From positions 1 through 48,581 of IMG/VR virus record IMGVR_UViG_3300017589_000093: a DNA stretch of 48,581 bases; one strand, written 5' to 3'. Of this stretch, positions 26,450 to 34,383 are shown piece after piece; position 1 is the first letter of the stretch, and the number at the start of each line of letters is the position of its first letter. A program made the translations under genes and the position numbers. This DNA comes from a virus (taxonomy: Duplodnaviria > Caudoviricetes). The notes under the pieces were generated by a model. The model saw only the letters and a list, made by a program, of their open reading frames with translations. It had not been told where the DNA came from and did no database searches.

Positions 26450-27703
26450 TTAGGAAGCTACGTAAGTACCTTCGGTAGATACGTCTTCGCCGTCTACAAC
26501 AGTTACAGAACCATTAGCAGGCTTGGTATAGCCTGTAGCAGCGCCGTATTCGATGGCGGTAACACCTGCAGGAACTCCCAACATGGTAGCACCGCTTTCC
26601 ATCCACTCGCCGGTTCCGATTCTCCACTTAGCACCAGCCGTAACAGCTGCAGCAGGAACAATCTCTACAGTTACAGCCCCACCGGCCACATAGTCGCCCG
26701 CAAGGTCTACGCCCGTATTGGTATGCTCATTCACCTGGAACACCTTATTATGGATGTCCTGGAAGCGTACCCCGTAGGCAGCCTGAAGCCAGAACTGAAC
26801 CTCGTTCGGATCTTCGAAGATGTTTCGAATCTGAACAAACTGTTTAGCCTTGTTCGTGTTTACACCGAAATCAACCATACCCGGTTTAACCAGGATAAGC
26901 GCATCCCCCTGTCCGTATGCTTCGTGCGTACACGGAACCAATCCAGGGAACTTGGCATCATCTTTTACTGCAGCCCAAAAGTCGGCAGTAGATGGACGGG
27001 CAAAAGCCTGCGTTTTGATACGATAAGCCTCTTTACATATCAACTCTACAGTCGCGCTGAAGTACAGAACAGCACTACGCTTCAGGAACGGATGAGCAGC
27101 TCTAAGGAAATCAACAAGACGATCGTAATCGTTCTTGGTTCCGTCGCCAAACATGCCGGTAGGCACAAGGTTACGGTTAGCCATTGTGATATCCTTTTCA
27201 GTCTTAAAGAAATCTATCCAAGGGAAAAATCCGGTGAACGAAGTAAGAGGCGAGAACTTGGTGTCGTCGCGGTCTGCAAAGAAGGTAGAAAACACGATAT
27301 CTTCGGAGTGCGAGATAATAATGTTATCCACAATCATCTTTTCGAGCGGATGCTTTTTAACGGTGTGATCCACCTTTTCGCCGGCATTACTCAAAATCTT
27401 TTTGTCGCTGTAATTAAGAATATTATCCTTAACACGCGATACGGTTAACTCGGGCTTCAGGCTCATTTCAACCAACTTGCCCACCTCGTTAGGGTAGGTG
27501 ATGCTTGCTCCAGCCTTATAAGCACCGGTGTTACCAGCCTTGCGGCGGGCGTTTACAAGAACGTCTTCGTTTTCGACTTCGACTACGTTCAATTTCATCG
27601 CTGTAGCGAACTCCTGGAAAGTGAAATAAGGCAACGTACGCAGCACGTTGTCATAATCCTTCGCATAGCGGTTTAATTTCTCAATATCTACAATTCTACT
27701 CAT
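26450..27703 (-). CDS. Major capsid protein with C-terminal beta-rich extension
   Basis: 417 aa following protease and scaffold; C-terminal ~75 aa Gly/Thr/Val-rich domain. Confidence 0.8.
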   Translation of the reverse strand: MSRIVDIEKLNRYAKDYDNVLRTLPYFTFQEFATAMKLNVVEVENEDVLVNARRKAGNTGAYKAGASITYPNEVGKLVEMSLKPELTVSRVKDNILNYSDKKILSNAGEKVDHTVKKHPLEKMIVDNIIISHSEDIVFSTFFADRDDTKFSPLTSFTGFFPWIDFFKTEKDITMANRNLVPTGMFGDGTKNDYDRLVDFLRAAHPFLKRSAVLYFSATVELICKEAYRIKTQAFARPSTADFWAAVKDDAKFPGLVPCTHEAYGQGDALILVKPGMVDFGVNTNKAKQFVQIRNIFEDPNEVQFWLQAAYGVRFQDIHNKVFQVNEHTNTGVDLAGDYVAGGAVTVEIVPAAAVTAGAKWRIGTGEWMESGATMLGVPAGVTAIEYGAATGYTKPANGSVTVVDGEDVSTEGTYVAS

Positions 27704-27712
27704 AGGGCTTTA

Positions 27713-28138
27713 TTAAATAAAGTTTGTTCTTTTAGCTTCGGCCATGATAGCGGCCGTGTTACCTGCATTTTTTGCAGCAAAGTCTTTGATGTCCGATTCG
27801 CCTCCAGTAATTTCCTTTTCAACGTGCACATCCTTCTTATCTTCGGAGGAGGTACCTTTAAGCTCTTTGATCTCCTGGTTGGCAGTGGCCAACTGGGTAG
27901 TAAGAGATTGGATTTCGCCCTCTTTTTTCGAAATGTCCGCCTGAGCGGTGGCAAGCTGCGAAGCAAGATCTGCGTTAGCAGGATCTTCCTCACGGTTCAT
28001 GGCCTCAGTAACAACCTCCGGGGTAACCTCTTCGGGCTTCATTTCAGGGTTTCCCTGAGTGATGCCGTTTACAAGGCTGTTCCAGTTGCTCGAGGCGATT
28101 TTCATAGCTGCAAAAGCAGCGTCCTGTAAAAACTTCAT
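27713..28138 (-). CDS. Putative capsid scaffold protein
   Basis: 141 aa acidic coiled coil between protease and capsid. Confidence 0.65.
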   Translation of the reverse strand: MKFLQDAAFAAMKIASSNWNSLVNGITQGNPEMKPEEVTPEVVTEAMNREEDPANADLASQLATAQADISKKEGEIQSLTTQLATANQEIKELKGTSSEDKKDVHVEKEITGGESDIKDFAAKNAGNTAAIMAEAKRTNFI

Positions 28139-28151
28139 ACCTGTTTTTTTA

Positions 28152-29033
28152 TTAATTAATAAAAGAATTTAATAAATTCTCAAAACTGTCAATCTCATCT
28201 ATCAGTCCCAATTTAAGCGCATCTTTGGCAAAGAAAACCGAACCGGTGCCCCATTTTGATTGGTCAGCGTCCAGGGCGTCGGCCCGGAAACTTGCAATTC
28301 GGTTGATAAAATCTTCGTTATAAGTGTCGCACACGGCTTTAAGTGGAGCGGTATTACCCTTCAACGCCTGGTAATACTCCTGGTTCTTGTCCGTGCTTTT
28401 CGATGCATAGATTTCGATAAGGTTGATACCCGCTTTGGCGTAATATTCGGTATAATCTACAATGGTAATGTAGGTACCTATGCTGCCGATACGAGCAACC
28501 TCGCTGCTGGCTACAATGGAGTCGCATGCGGCTGCAATACCGTAGGCTGCAGACGCGGCAAAATCGGATACAAAAGCGATAACCGGTTTGTTTTTCATGC
28601 GGATGGTATCCTGCATAAGTCGGCAGGCAAGGCCTTCTCCACCGCCCGAATCAATACGGAGTATTACCGCCTCTATGTTTGTATTAGCAAAACAACGTTG
28701 TAAAATGTTGGATTTGGTGAGCATTCCGGACGGACCGCAGTCCTGGTCGTACTTGGTTATTGCCCCGTTGATAGCAATTACAGCAACGGAGTTTTTTGGA
28801 GCACTCTCAGGAGACATGTATTCTCCGTATTCAGATATACCGTAAGCGTCGTTATGGATAGAAACAAAAGAAACCCCGTTATCTTCGGATATTTCAGATT
28901 CATTTAAGGCGTTTCGCCTTACGCCCGAAAGAGGTTCGCCCTTCAGGTAGCCGGATAACAGGGGAAGGTAGTTGGAGGCAAAACCTTTGTCTACGAACCA
29001 AACACCGTTGAGAAGATTGTGTATGTGTAACAT
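28152..29033 (-). CDS. Prohead protease, peptidase S49 (SppA-like)
   Basis: IDSGGG, AASAAY, IGSIG and GLIDEI motifs; start moved to MLHIH (29033) because the annotated TTG lies inside the -7 box. Confidence 0.9.
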   Translation of the reverse strand: MLHIHNLLNGVWFVDKGFASNYLPLLSGYLKGEPLSGVRRNALNESEISEDNGVSFVSIHNDAYGISEYGEYMSPESAPKNSVAVIAINGAITKYDQDCGPSGMLTKSNILQRCFANTNIEAVILRIDSGGGEGLACRLMQDTIRMKNKPVIAFVSDFAASAAYGIAAACDSIVASSEVARIGSIGTYITIVDYTEYYAKAGINLIEIYASKSTDKNQEYYQALKGNTAPLKAVCDTYNEDFINRIASFRADALDADQSKWGTGSVFFAKDALKLGLIDEIDSFENLLNSFIN

Positions 29034-29048
29034 CGCTATTCTTTTATG

Positions 29049-29084
29049 CAATGTTACACCGAAAGCCTGTGTTAATAAAGGACC
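29049..29084 (-). promoter_or_regulatory. Putative phage late promoter (head operon)
   Basis: GGTCCTTT-N20-TAACATTG. Confidence 0.7.
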
Positions 29085-29088
29085 TCTA

Positions 29089-29535
29089 TTATAGTAGCGG
29101 CAGCTGCGGACGAAGGCTTTTCCCGCTTAAATTAATCCGGATACCGCTTGCGCCCGAGGCCGTGTTCGAAGTCAACAAAGAGTGAGCCGTACGAACAGGC
29201 ATACGTTGCGAACCAACCACCATCTTAACCCCATTGGCCAGACTATAACATATTATCGCCCCAATGGCATCCATGCGGGATAGTTGGCGCTCCAACTCAT
29301 TCGTGTACTGTTTTGGCGGAATGGATATAGTTCCGGATATGGTATACAGTACCCCGGATTCCGAACGGTCCGGAGTTACCACAATAGTAGCCCCATATCT
29401 GGTGGTTGGAAGATCCTTCCACACGAAGCCCTGTTTTGGCACAATGGTAACACCTGCATCGGTTACCTGGTACGATGAAATTTCAGAAGGAAGCAAGTAA
29501 CGTACCCCATTTAATCCACCTAATTCGCTTAACAT
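29089..29535 (-). CDS. Hypothetical phage protein
   Basis: 148 aa, beta-rich, starts LGGL; possibly structural. Confidence 0.65.
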   Translation of the reverse strand: MLSELGGLNGVRYLLPSEISSYQVTDAGVTIVPKQGFVWKDLPTTRYGATIVVTPDRSESGVLYTISGTISIPPKQYTNELERQLSRMDAIGAIICYSLANGVKMVVGSQRMPVRTAHSLLTSNTASGASGIRINLSGKSLRPQLPLL

Positions 29536-29636
29536 ATGCTTTATTTTTAAGAATAATCGTATAAATATGATTTAATTCGCTGATATATAACAAGTTCGCC
29601 ATTGATAGGACGATTATACCCTCCAAAAAGGACAAA

Positions 29637-30149
29637 TCAGGCCCTTTGGTCGGAGTAATTTTTCTCGCTTTTTAACTTTTTTTTATAATCTCGGCGAGCT
29701 TTTCGCTTTCGCATGTTCTCGCGCCACCTATAGTAGTTCTTTATAAGGGCATCTTCGGAGATTGATTCAATGCAATACATACAAATAAATTGATGCACCA
29801 CGTCAATATTGTCTAGTTCGTGACCGTTCTGGTCATTCTCCAGGAGCGAAGCATGAAGCTCCGCATTAAACATGCTGCGTATTTTGTTTTCGATAATCTT
29901 TGCGCCTGCCGGGGCGATGTAATTATAATGTAGCGGATCCTTGCCTACGCGCCGGTCCGGTAAGATTATCGAAAGGTTTCCGCGATCCACCGGACTGGTT
30001 CCGGCCGGACGCTTTGCCATTAAATCCCAAATTACATGATACAGATCCGTGGTTTGAGGAATAGTTACAGGTTCTAAAGCTCCGTTATTGTACTTGCCGA
30101 GTACATATTCGGCCAAAAACGGGGTAATGTTAATTTCAGTGGTAATCAT
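29637..30149 (-). CDS. Putative late transcription regulator
   Basis: ~170 aa; C-terminal HTH-like FICMYCIESISEDALIKNYYRWR plus basic tail; heads the late region. Confidence 0.5.
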   Translation of the reverse strand: MITTEINITPFLAEYVLGKYNNGALEPVTIPQTTDLYHVIWDLMAKRPAGTSPVDRGNLSIILPDRRVGKDPLHYNYIAPAGAKIIENKIRSMFNAELHASLLENDQNGHELDNIDVVHQFICMYCIESISEDALIKNYYRWRENMRKRKARRDYKKKLKSEKNYSDQRA

Positions 30150-30194
30150 GGACACGTATTTTTTTCATTTCATTTATTCATTTTTCGCGAACTA

Positions 30195-30529
30195 CCGACA
30201 TACGGACCTACAAAACAGGTACGAGTTGTATAAAGATACTGAATATCAACGACATAAAAAAATTTAAAAGCAAAAAAATACTGTATGTCGACGACATACA
30301 GACCTACAAAACACCCTTTTTGCCCCTTTTTTGGTGTTTTTTGTATGTCCTAAATTTCGGCCTCCGACATACATAACTATTGTGTCAAAACATACAAGAC
30401 CTACAAAGACCTACAGACCTACAGCGTAAGACCTACATATATATATACTTTTTAAATTATATATATATGACATACAGTATGTTACATTTCTAAAGAAAAT
30501 GTTTGTATGTCCGTATGTCCGTATGTCGG
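30195..30529. repeat. Iteron-like GAC(A/C)TAC cluster, putative replication origin
   Basis: More than 12 GACATAC/GACCTAC copies in both orientations around (AT)n tracts at ~30437-30468, in a 600-bp ORF-free region. Confidence 0.7.
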
Positions 30530-30706
30530 TGTTTTTCGATTTCTTAAGTGGAAAAATTTGTGTCTATGCTTTTCTTTTAATTTTGGGGGTACGGGGGTAG
30601 GGGATATTGTATTTTTTAACAAATACAATACGAAAGTGAAGAAATGATACTAACGGTTGTCGTTAGTCAGATTACTGCGCGATCCAATCCGGATGATTTG
30701 TATGCA

Positions 30707-30747
30707 CGAAAAGGCCCGTCTTCATCCGGATTGGACGAGGACGGGCC
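30707..30747 (-). terminator. Intrinsic terminator after 30770..31024
   Basis: GGCCCGTC...GACGGGCC stem followed by TTTT on the minus strand. Confidence 0.65.
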
Positions 30748-30769
30748 GTATAGGTTAGGGGATGCCTGT

Positions 30770-31024
30770 TTAGTCTGTAATGATGTCTTTTGCGGCGAAA
30801 ACTTTTATACGTAGCTTCAGATCATTGAGCAGTCTGATCAGGCGAAGAAAGTCGATTGCTTTATCCCATTTCTGATTCAGTACCTGCTCCTGCATAAGAA
30901 TAGTAGTAATAGCTTCGTCTATAGCTTCGATATCAAATTCCGATCCTTCGCCCTGCCAGTCGCGTATAGCTTCGATGATCCCCTTTGTGATGGCTACTCC
31001 TTCAAGTTTTATAGGATCTTTCAT
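30770..31024 (-). CDS. Hypothetical protein, paralog of 31607..31846
   Basis: 84 aa; shared GV.I...I...I..WQ......DI.AI pattern. Confidence 0.75.
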   Translation of the reverse strand: MKDPIKLEGVAITKGIIEAIRDWQGEGSEFDIEAIDEAITTILMQEQVLNQKWDKAIDFLRLIRLLNDLKLRIKVFAAKDIITD

Positions 31025-31329
31025 TTGGAGGATCCTTTCTCTTTAGATGTAAGAATAAGAAACGCGGGAATTGAAGCGATAAGAAGAGAAGTAATACCCA
31101 TAAGAGAGGATACCCCTAACATGATAACTGTAACGCAGAGTTTCGTTTCGTGGATTGTAGAAGCCGGGATCATTCCCTGGAGAGGTTCGGGTAACTTCGC
31201 GTTCAGCTTTTTTGCAAGAGATTGGATATTTACCCAGGTGAATGGGTTGGATAACTTACTACCATTTTCGTGCCTGCAGGAAAATGGTTGATGGATCGCG
31301 CTGGATCCGGATAGATTTTTTCTTTTCAT
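31021..31329 (-). CDS. Small membrane protein under a structured leader
   Basis: 102 aa, C-terminal hydrophobic segment; ATGA overlap with the next gene. Confidence 0.7.
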   Translation of the reverse strand: MKRKNLSGSSAIHQPFSCRHENGSKLSNPFTWVNIQSLAKKLNAKLPEPLQGMIPASTIHETKLCVTVIMLGVSSLMGITSLLIASIPAFLILTSKEKGSSK

Positions 31330-31334
31330 AATGG

Positions 31335-31555
31335 GATGATTGTTTAGCTATTTAGGCAGAAAAAAAAGAACGGCTGCCATTTCCCGTGTCGCTAAACAAT
31401 CATCACCTGAACGCCGAAGCGAAAGTAATTTAGGGAAGGCAGCCGCCTTTATATGTATATCTTAACAGGGCATAAAAAAAGCCCGCCTTTATCAGTGAGC
31501 ATTATCCGTTACTCCTCGGCATCCATTAGAATGATTGTTTAGCTTTGCAAACATA
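31335..31555 (-). ncRNA. Structured leader with internal antisense element (c4/CI-like)
   Basis: -7 box TATGTTTG (31548-31555); GCTAAACAATCAT at 31531-31543 and 31336-31348, complement at 31391-31403 enclosed by a CGGCTGCC/GGCAGCCG stem. Confidence 0.65.
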
Positions 31556-31606
31556 CGAAAAAAAATAAAACAGAATTGTTTTTTCATATTTATTTTTTTC
31601 AAATCT

Positions 31607-31846
31607 CTATTTTTTTACTTTAAACAGCTCTATTCGTTCTTCAATCATCAACAGAGATTTCACCAACTGGAGTCTCTTTGAAGCCTCAGAAGGATCAGTC
31701 GGATCCTCTTTTGGATTGTGAAGAACATAAGAAACGCATTCCTCAATTGCGTTAATATCTACATCGGCTAATCCACTCTGCCATTCACCAATTGTTTTTT
31801 CAATGTGCTCATTAAGCACAACTCCATTAATATTTACTTCTTTCAT
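31607..31846 (-). CDS. Hypothetical protein, paralog of 30770..31024
   Basis: 79 aa, same sequence pattern. Confidence 0.75.
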   Translation of the reverse strand: MKEVNINGVVLNEHIEKTIGEWQSGLADVDINAIEECVSYVLHNPKEDPTDPSEASKRLQLVKSLLMIEERIELFKVKK

Positions 31847-31882
31847 TTTTGGATAATATTATATAATTTATACTGGAGTTAA

Positions 31883-32578
31883 TTACCAATCATTTTTATT
31901 ATTAGTGGTATTAGTTTCGATATAAGCCTGCAATCCGGATTTAATACCGAATAATTCACGCAGACCGGTCACTAATAGCTGCGAACGAAGGTTGATGTAC
32001 CTTTTCGAAGAGTAGTCTACTATTCCATCATCAGACTTATGTCCCTTTTCATAGAACTCAGGTATTAAATACAATTCAATAGGCTTATCTAACGTAGCGT
32101 ACAGTTGGCAAGATACATTATAAATTTCGCATCGATATCTGCCATCCTTGAACTGTAATTTAATGGTGAAAGCTAATCGTTCATCTGCAGCGTATCGGCC
32201 TAGCAGGAACTCGTCAAACCAAGCAATCGCCTTACATGTACCTTTTCCTACAATTATCCCGGACTCTTTGTCTTGCATCTGAATAACGCTCTTTGAGTCC
32301 TTGAATATATCAACCAGGTATTGCATAGAAGAGTCAAATAATTCGTCTTTAGTTTTACCTGGAGCTTGTACAACCCCATCAATCGTAAAGCCGGATCCTG
32401 GCTCTACATTGGCCAGGTTGAGAATTTCGGTTAATACGGACTTGTCTGGTTTAGGAACCGGTAGCGATTTCATGTAGGTGTAATACTCCGAAACGTATTT
32501 TTCAAGCGGACTTTCTTCCTGGGCGGAGACGCTTAAGCAAAAAATAAATGATAGAAAGAATAACGATAGTCTTTTCAT
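31883..32578 (-). CDS. Secreted DUF4468-like protein (moron)
   Basis: Sec signal peptide (SVSA-Q); KTKDELF...SKSVIQMQDKESGIIVGKG...FKDGRYR pattern. Confidence 0.75.
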   Translation of the reverse strand: MKRLSLFFLSFIFCLSVSAQEESPLEKYVSEYYTYMKSLPVPKPDKSVLTEILNLANVEPGSGFTIDGVVQAPGKTKDELFDSSMQYLVDIFKDSKSVIQMQDKESGIIVGKGTCKAIAWFDEFLLGRYAADERLAFTIKLQFKDGRYRCEIYNVSCQLYATLDKPIELYLIPEFYEKGHKSDDGIVDYSSKRYINLRSQLLVTGLRELFGIKSGLQAYIETNTTNNKNDW

Positions 32579-32636
32579 TGCGTAAATATTATGTTTAATA
32601 GAACATTCATTGCACGAGGATTTAGTATTTATTTTT

Positions 32637-32672
32637 ATGTTAATAAACCTGCATTTGCAGGTTTATTAACAT
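32637..32672. terminator. Long perfect hairpin after the antirepressor
   Basis: ATGTTAATAAACCTGCA-TT-TGCAGGTTTATTAACAT. Confidence 0.55.
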
Positions 32673-33211
32673 CACTCAGCAAGGAAATCAATATTGAATT
32701 GACCCTTTTCCTCTTTATACTTTTCGAACGTTAACGCTTTGGCCTCGTTTAATCTTTCGCGAGATTTTTCCATGTTATTTTTTGCCTGGCTAAAGTCTCG
32801 CTGAAGGCGCTGGTATTCGTCCACGTGCCTATCGATTACCTGGCTGCGAACCTCTACGAATTCTGCGTATTCGGTAAAATAGGAGTAAAGCGCCCGGTAA
32901 CATTCCATCCGATACTTCCGGACCGATTCCCTGGCATCCTCTTTTACATTTTTAGGGTTGATTGTGAACAGCCATCCGAACACAAATTCGATGGGTAAAC
33001 ATGCCATTTCTCTATCCTTTCCATCAGAAGCAACCGTTGTGCTGAGCACAATGGTTGAATTCAGATCTTCATCCTCTTTTATCTTCCTAAACTGGTTTGG
33101 GAAGTCTATTCCAAGTGCATCGCAAATGGGTTTGATTGGCACTAATTTTTTAGGATCATTCCCGGCTACGATAGCCACACTGTTCACTCGAGCGATTGTT
33201 TTTGTTTCCAT
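32672..33211 (-). CDS. Phage antirepressor with P22 Ant N-terminal domain
   Basis: VPIKPICDALGID...Q..KIK and DGKDREMACLP..FVFGWLFTINP motifs; likely start METKT at 33211. Confidence 0.85.
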   Translation of the reverse strand: METKTIARVNSVAIVAGNDPKKLVPIKPICDALGIDFPNQFRKIKEDEDLNSTIVLSTTVASDGKDREMACLPIEFVFGWLFTINPKNVKEDARESVRKYRMECYRALYSYFTEYAEFVEVRSQVIDRHVDEYQRLQRDFSQAKNNMEKSRERLNEAKALTFEKYKEEKGQFNIDFLAE

Positions 33212-33483
33212 AATAATTAAAGGGCGAATCCTCACTCATAGTGCGCCCACCGGAACTGTACCGGAACCCTATTAGGGTTACACTATAAGAGAGGATTCAT
33301 TTTTTAAGGCAGTCTGAATGGGCGATACAATATTACGAATATATTATCAATACAGCAAAATAAATAACCGTAATTACGATTATTTATTTCATTCCTGGCA
33401 TCCTTATCCGGACATTGGAGGGTATTGGATGCGGATGGTGGGTGGATACGGGTGTATCCGTTATCCTATTGGCGTTTGGGTTA

Positions 33484-33491
33484 TATGTTTG
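33484..33491 (+). promoter_or_regulatory. Host-type -7 promoter box for the HU-like gene
   Basis: TATGTTTG 30 nt upstream of ATG 33521, with TTTG at 33475-33478 nearby. Confidence 0.55.
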
Positions 33492-33520
33492 CAAAAGTAT
33501 TAATTATAAATATTTTTATT

Positions 33521-33958
33521 ATGGCTATGAAATTTAGATTGATTCAAAGACGCAACCTGGGAAAGGATGCTGCAGCTGCTCCGAAAAAAATGTATGCGCA
33601 GGCTGTTAATAATGGGTATGTATCGTTCCAGGAACTTTGCGACAACATCAGCGAACTCTGTTCGATTACATCGGCCGATGTGAAGGCGGTGCTCGACCGT
33701 ATGAACTACGAGCTTGACCGGAACCTGAAGGCCGGTCGGATTGTCCAATTTGGAGAGATAGGTAATTTTAGACTTTCTGTAGGATCTTCCGGAAGTGTAA
33801 CAGAAGAAGACTTCAGCTCTGCACAGATCCGGAAACCAAAGATTATCTTCACGCCAGGCGCGAAGCTGAGATCTACCAGGGCAAACACCTCTTTCGAAAA
33901 GTACACCCCTGTAACGGTTACGGAAGCGATTCCGTGCGATAAAGAGCACATTATATAA
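33521..33958 (+). CDS. HU-like (Bacteroidota HU-HIG) DNA-binding protein
   Basis: ADVKAVL...GRIVQFGEIGNF...IIFTPG motif; start MAMKF at 33521. Confidence 0.88.
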   Translation: MAMKFRLIQRRNLGKDAAAAPKKMYAQAVNNGYVSFQELCDNISELCSITSADVKAVLDRMNYELDRNLKAGRIVQFGEIGNFRLSVGSSGSVTEEDFSSAQIRKPKIIFTPGAKLRSTRANTSFEKYTPVTVTEAIPCDKEHII

Positions 33959-33975
33959 TACTGCCTTGGTTACTT

Positions 33976-34020
33976 AAAAAAGGATGCATTCTTTTGCAAA
34001 AAGGGGCGCATCCTTTTTTT
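33976..34020 (+). terminator. Terminator after the HU-like gene
   Basis: AAAAAAGGATGC...GCATCCTTTTTTT. Confidence 0.7.
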
Positions 34021-34072
34021 ATTCATACTGCAATGATTATCTTTACACAAAACCTAATAACATACGTATTAC

Positions 34073-34288
34073 ATGAAATTTCCCTTTAAATCGTACGGAG
34101 TTCAAGAGCTAGCCGTCCTATATTTCCCCCATATCACGGTATCAAGCGCAAGCAGCCAGCTTAAGAAATGGATAACCAAAAGCGAACCCTTACAAGAAAA
34201 TCTATGCGATGCCGGTTACAGATCCGGACAAAAGATACTAACTCCAAAGCAGGTAAGAATAATAGTAGATCACCTTGGAGAGCCGTAA
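34073..34288 (+). CDS. DUF4248-like small protein
   Basis: SYG.QELA.LYFP ... LTPKQVRIIVDHLGEP signature; usual partner of HU-like genes in Bacteroidota. Confidence 0.85.
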   Translation: MKFPFKSYGVQELAVLYFPHITVSSASSQLKKWITKSEPLQENLCDAGYRSGQKILTPKQVRIIVDHLGEP

Positions 34289-34301
34289 AGAGGATTTTTA
34301 T

Positions 34302-34381
34302 TATATTTGCACATGATTTCATGGCTTCGTGTCGTGATTGATTGACAAAGTTAAGCCCGGGAGTGATTGCCCGGGCTTTTT
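34302..34381 (+). ncRNA. Candidate small RNA with its own promoter and terminator
   Basis: -7 box TATATTTG (34302-34309), ~40 nt body containing GTGATTGATTGAC, then the AAGCCCGGG/CCCGGGCTTTTT terminator. Confidence 0.5.
34353..34381. terminator. Terminator between convergent units
   Basis: AAGCCCGGG-loop-CCCGGGCTTTTT. Confidence 0.8.
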
Positions 34382-34383
34382 AT

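Noticed and set aside
27700-27993. 97-aa alternate-frame ORF in the scaffold gene ending at the capsid start (possible frameshift product)
   Set aside because: No clear slippery site identified, and it ends in a stop rather than fusing to the capsid
30195-30529. Repeat cluster as a CRISPR array
   Set aside because: Units are 7-9 nt, irregularly spaced and in both orientations; no spacers and no cas genes
30584-30603. G-rich tract GGGGGTACGGGGGTAGGGG as a G-quadruplex
   Set aside because: Only three G-runs; not enough for a standard intramolecular three-tier quadruplex
33425-33520. N-terminal extension of the HU-like ORF
   Set aside because: Contains the -7 promoter box; the family-like sequence begins at ATG 33521
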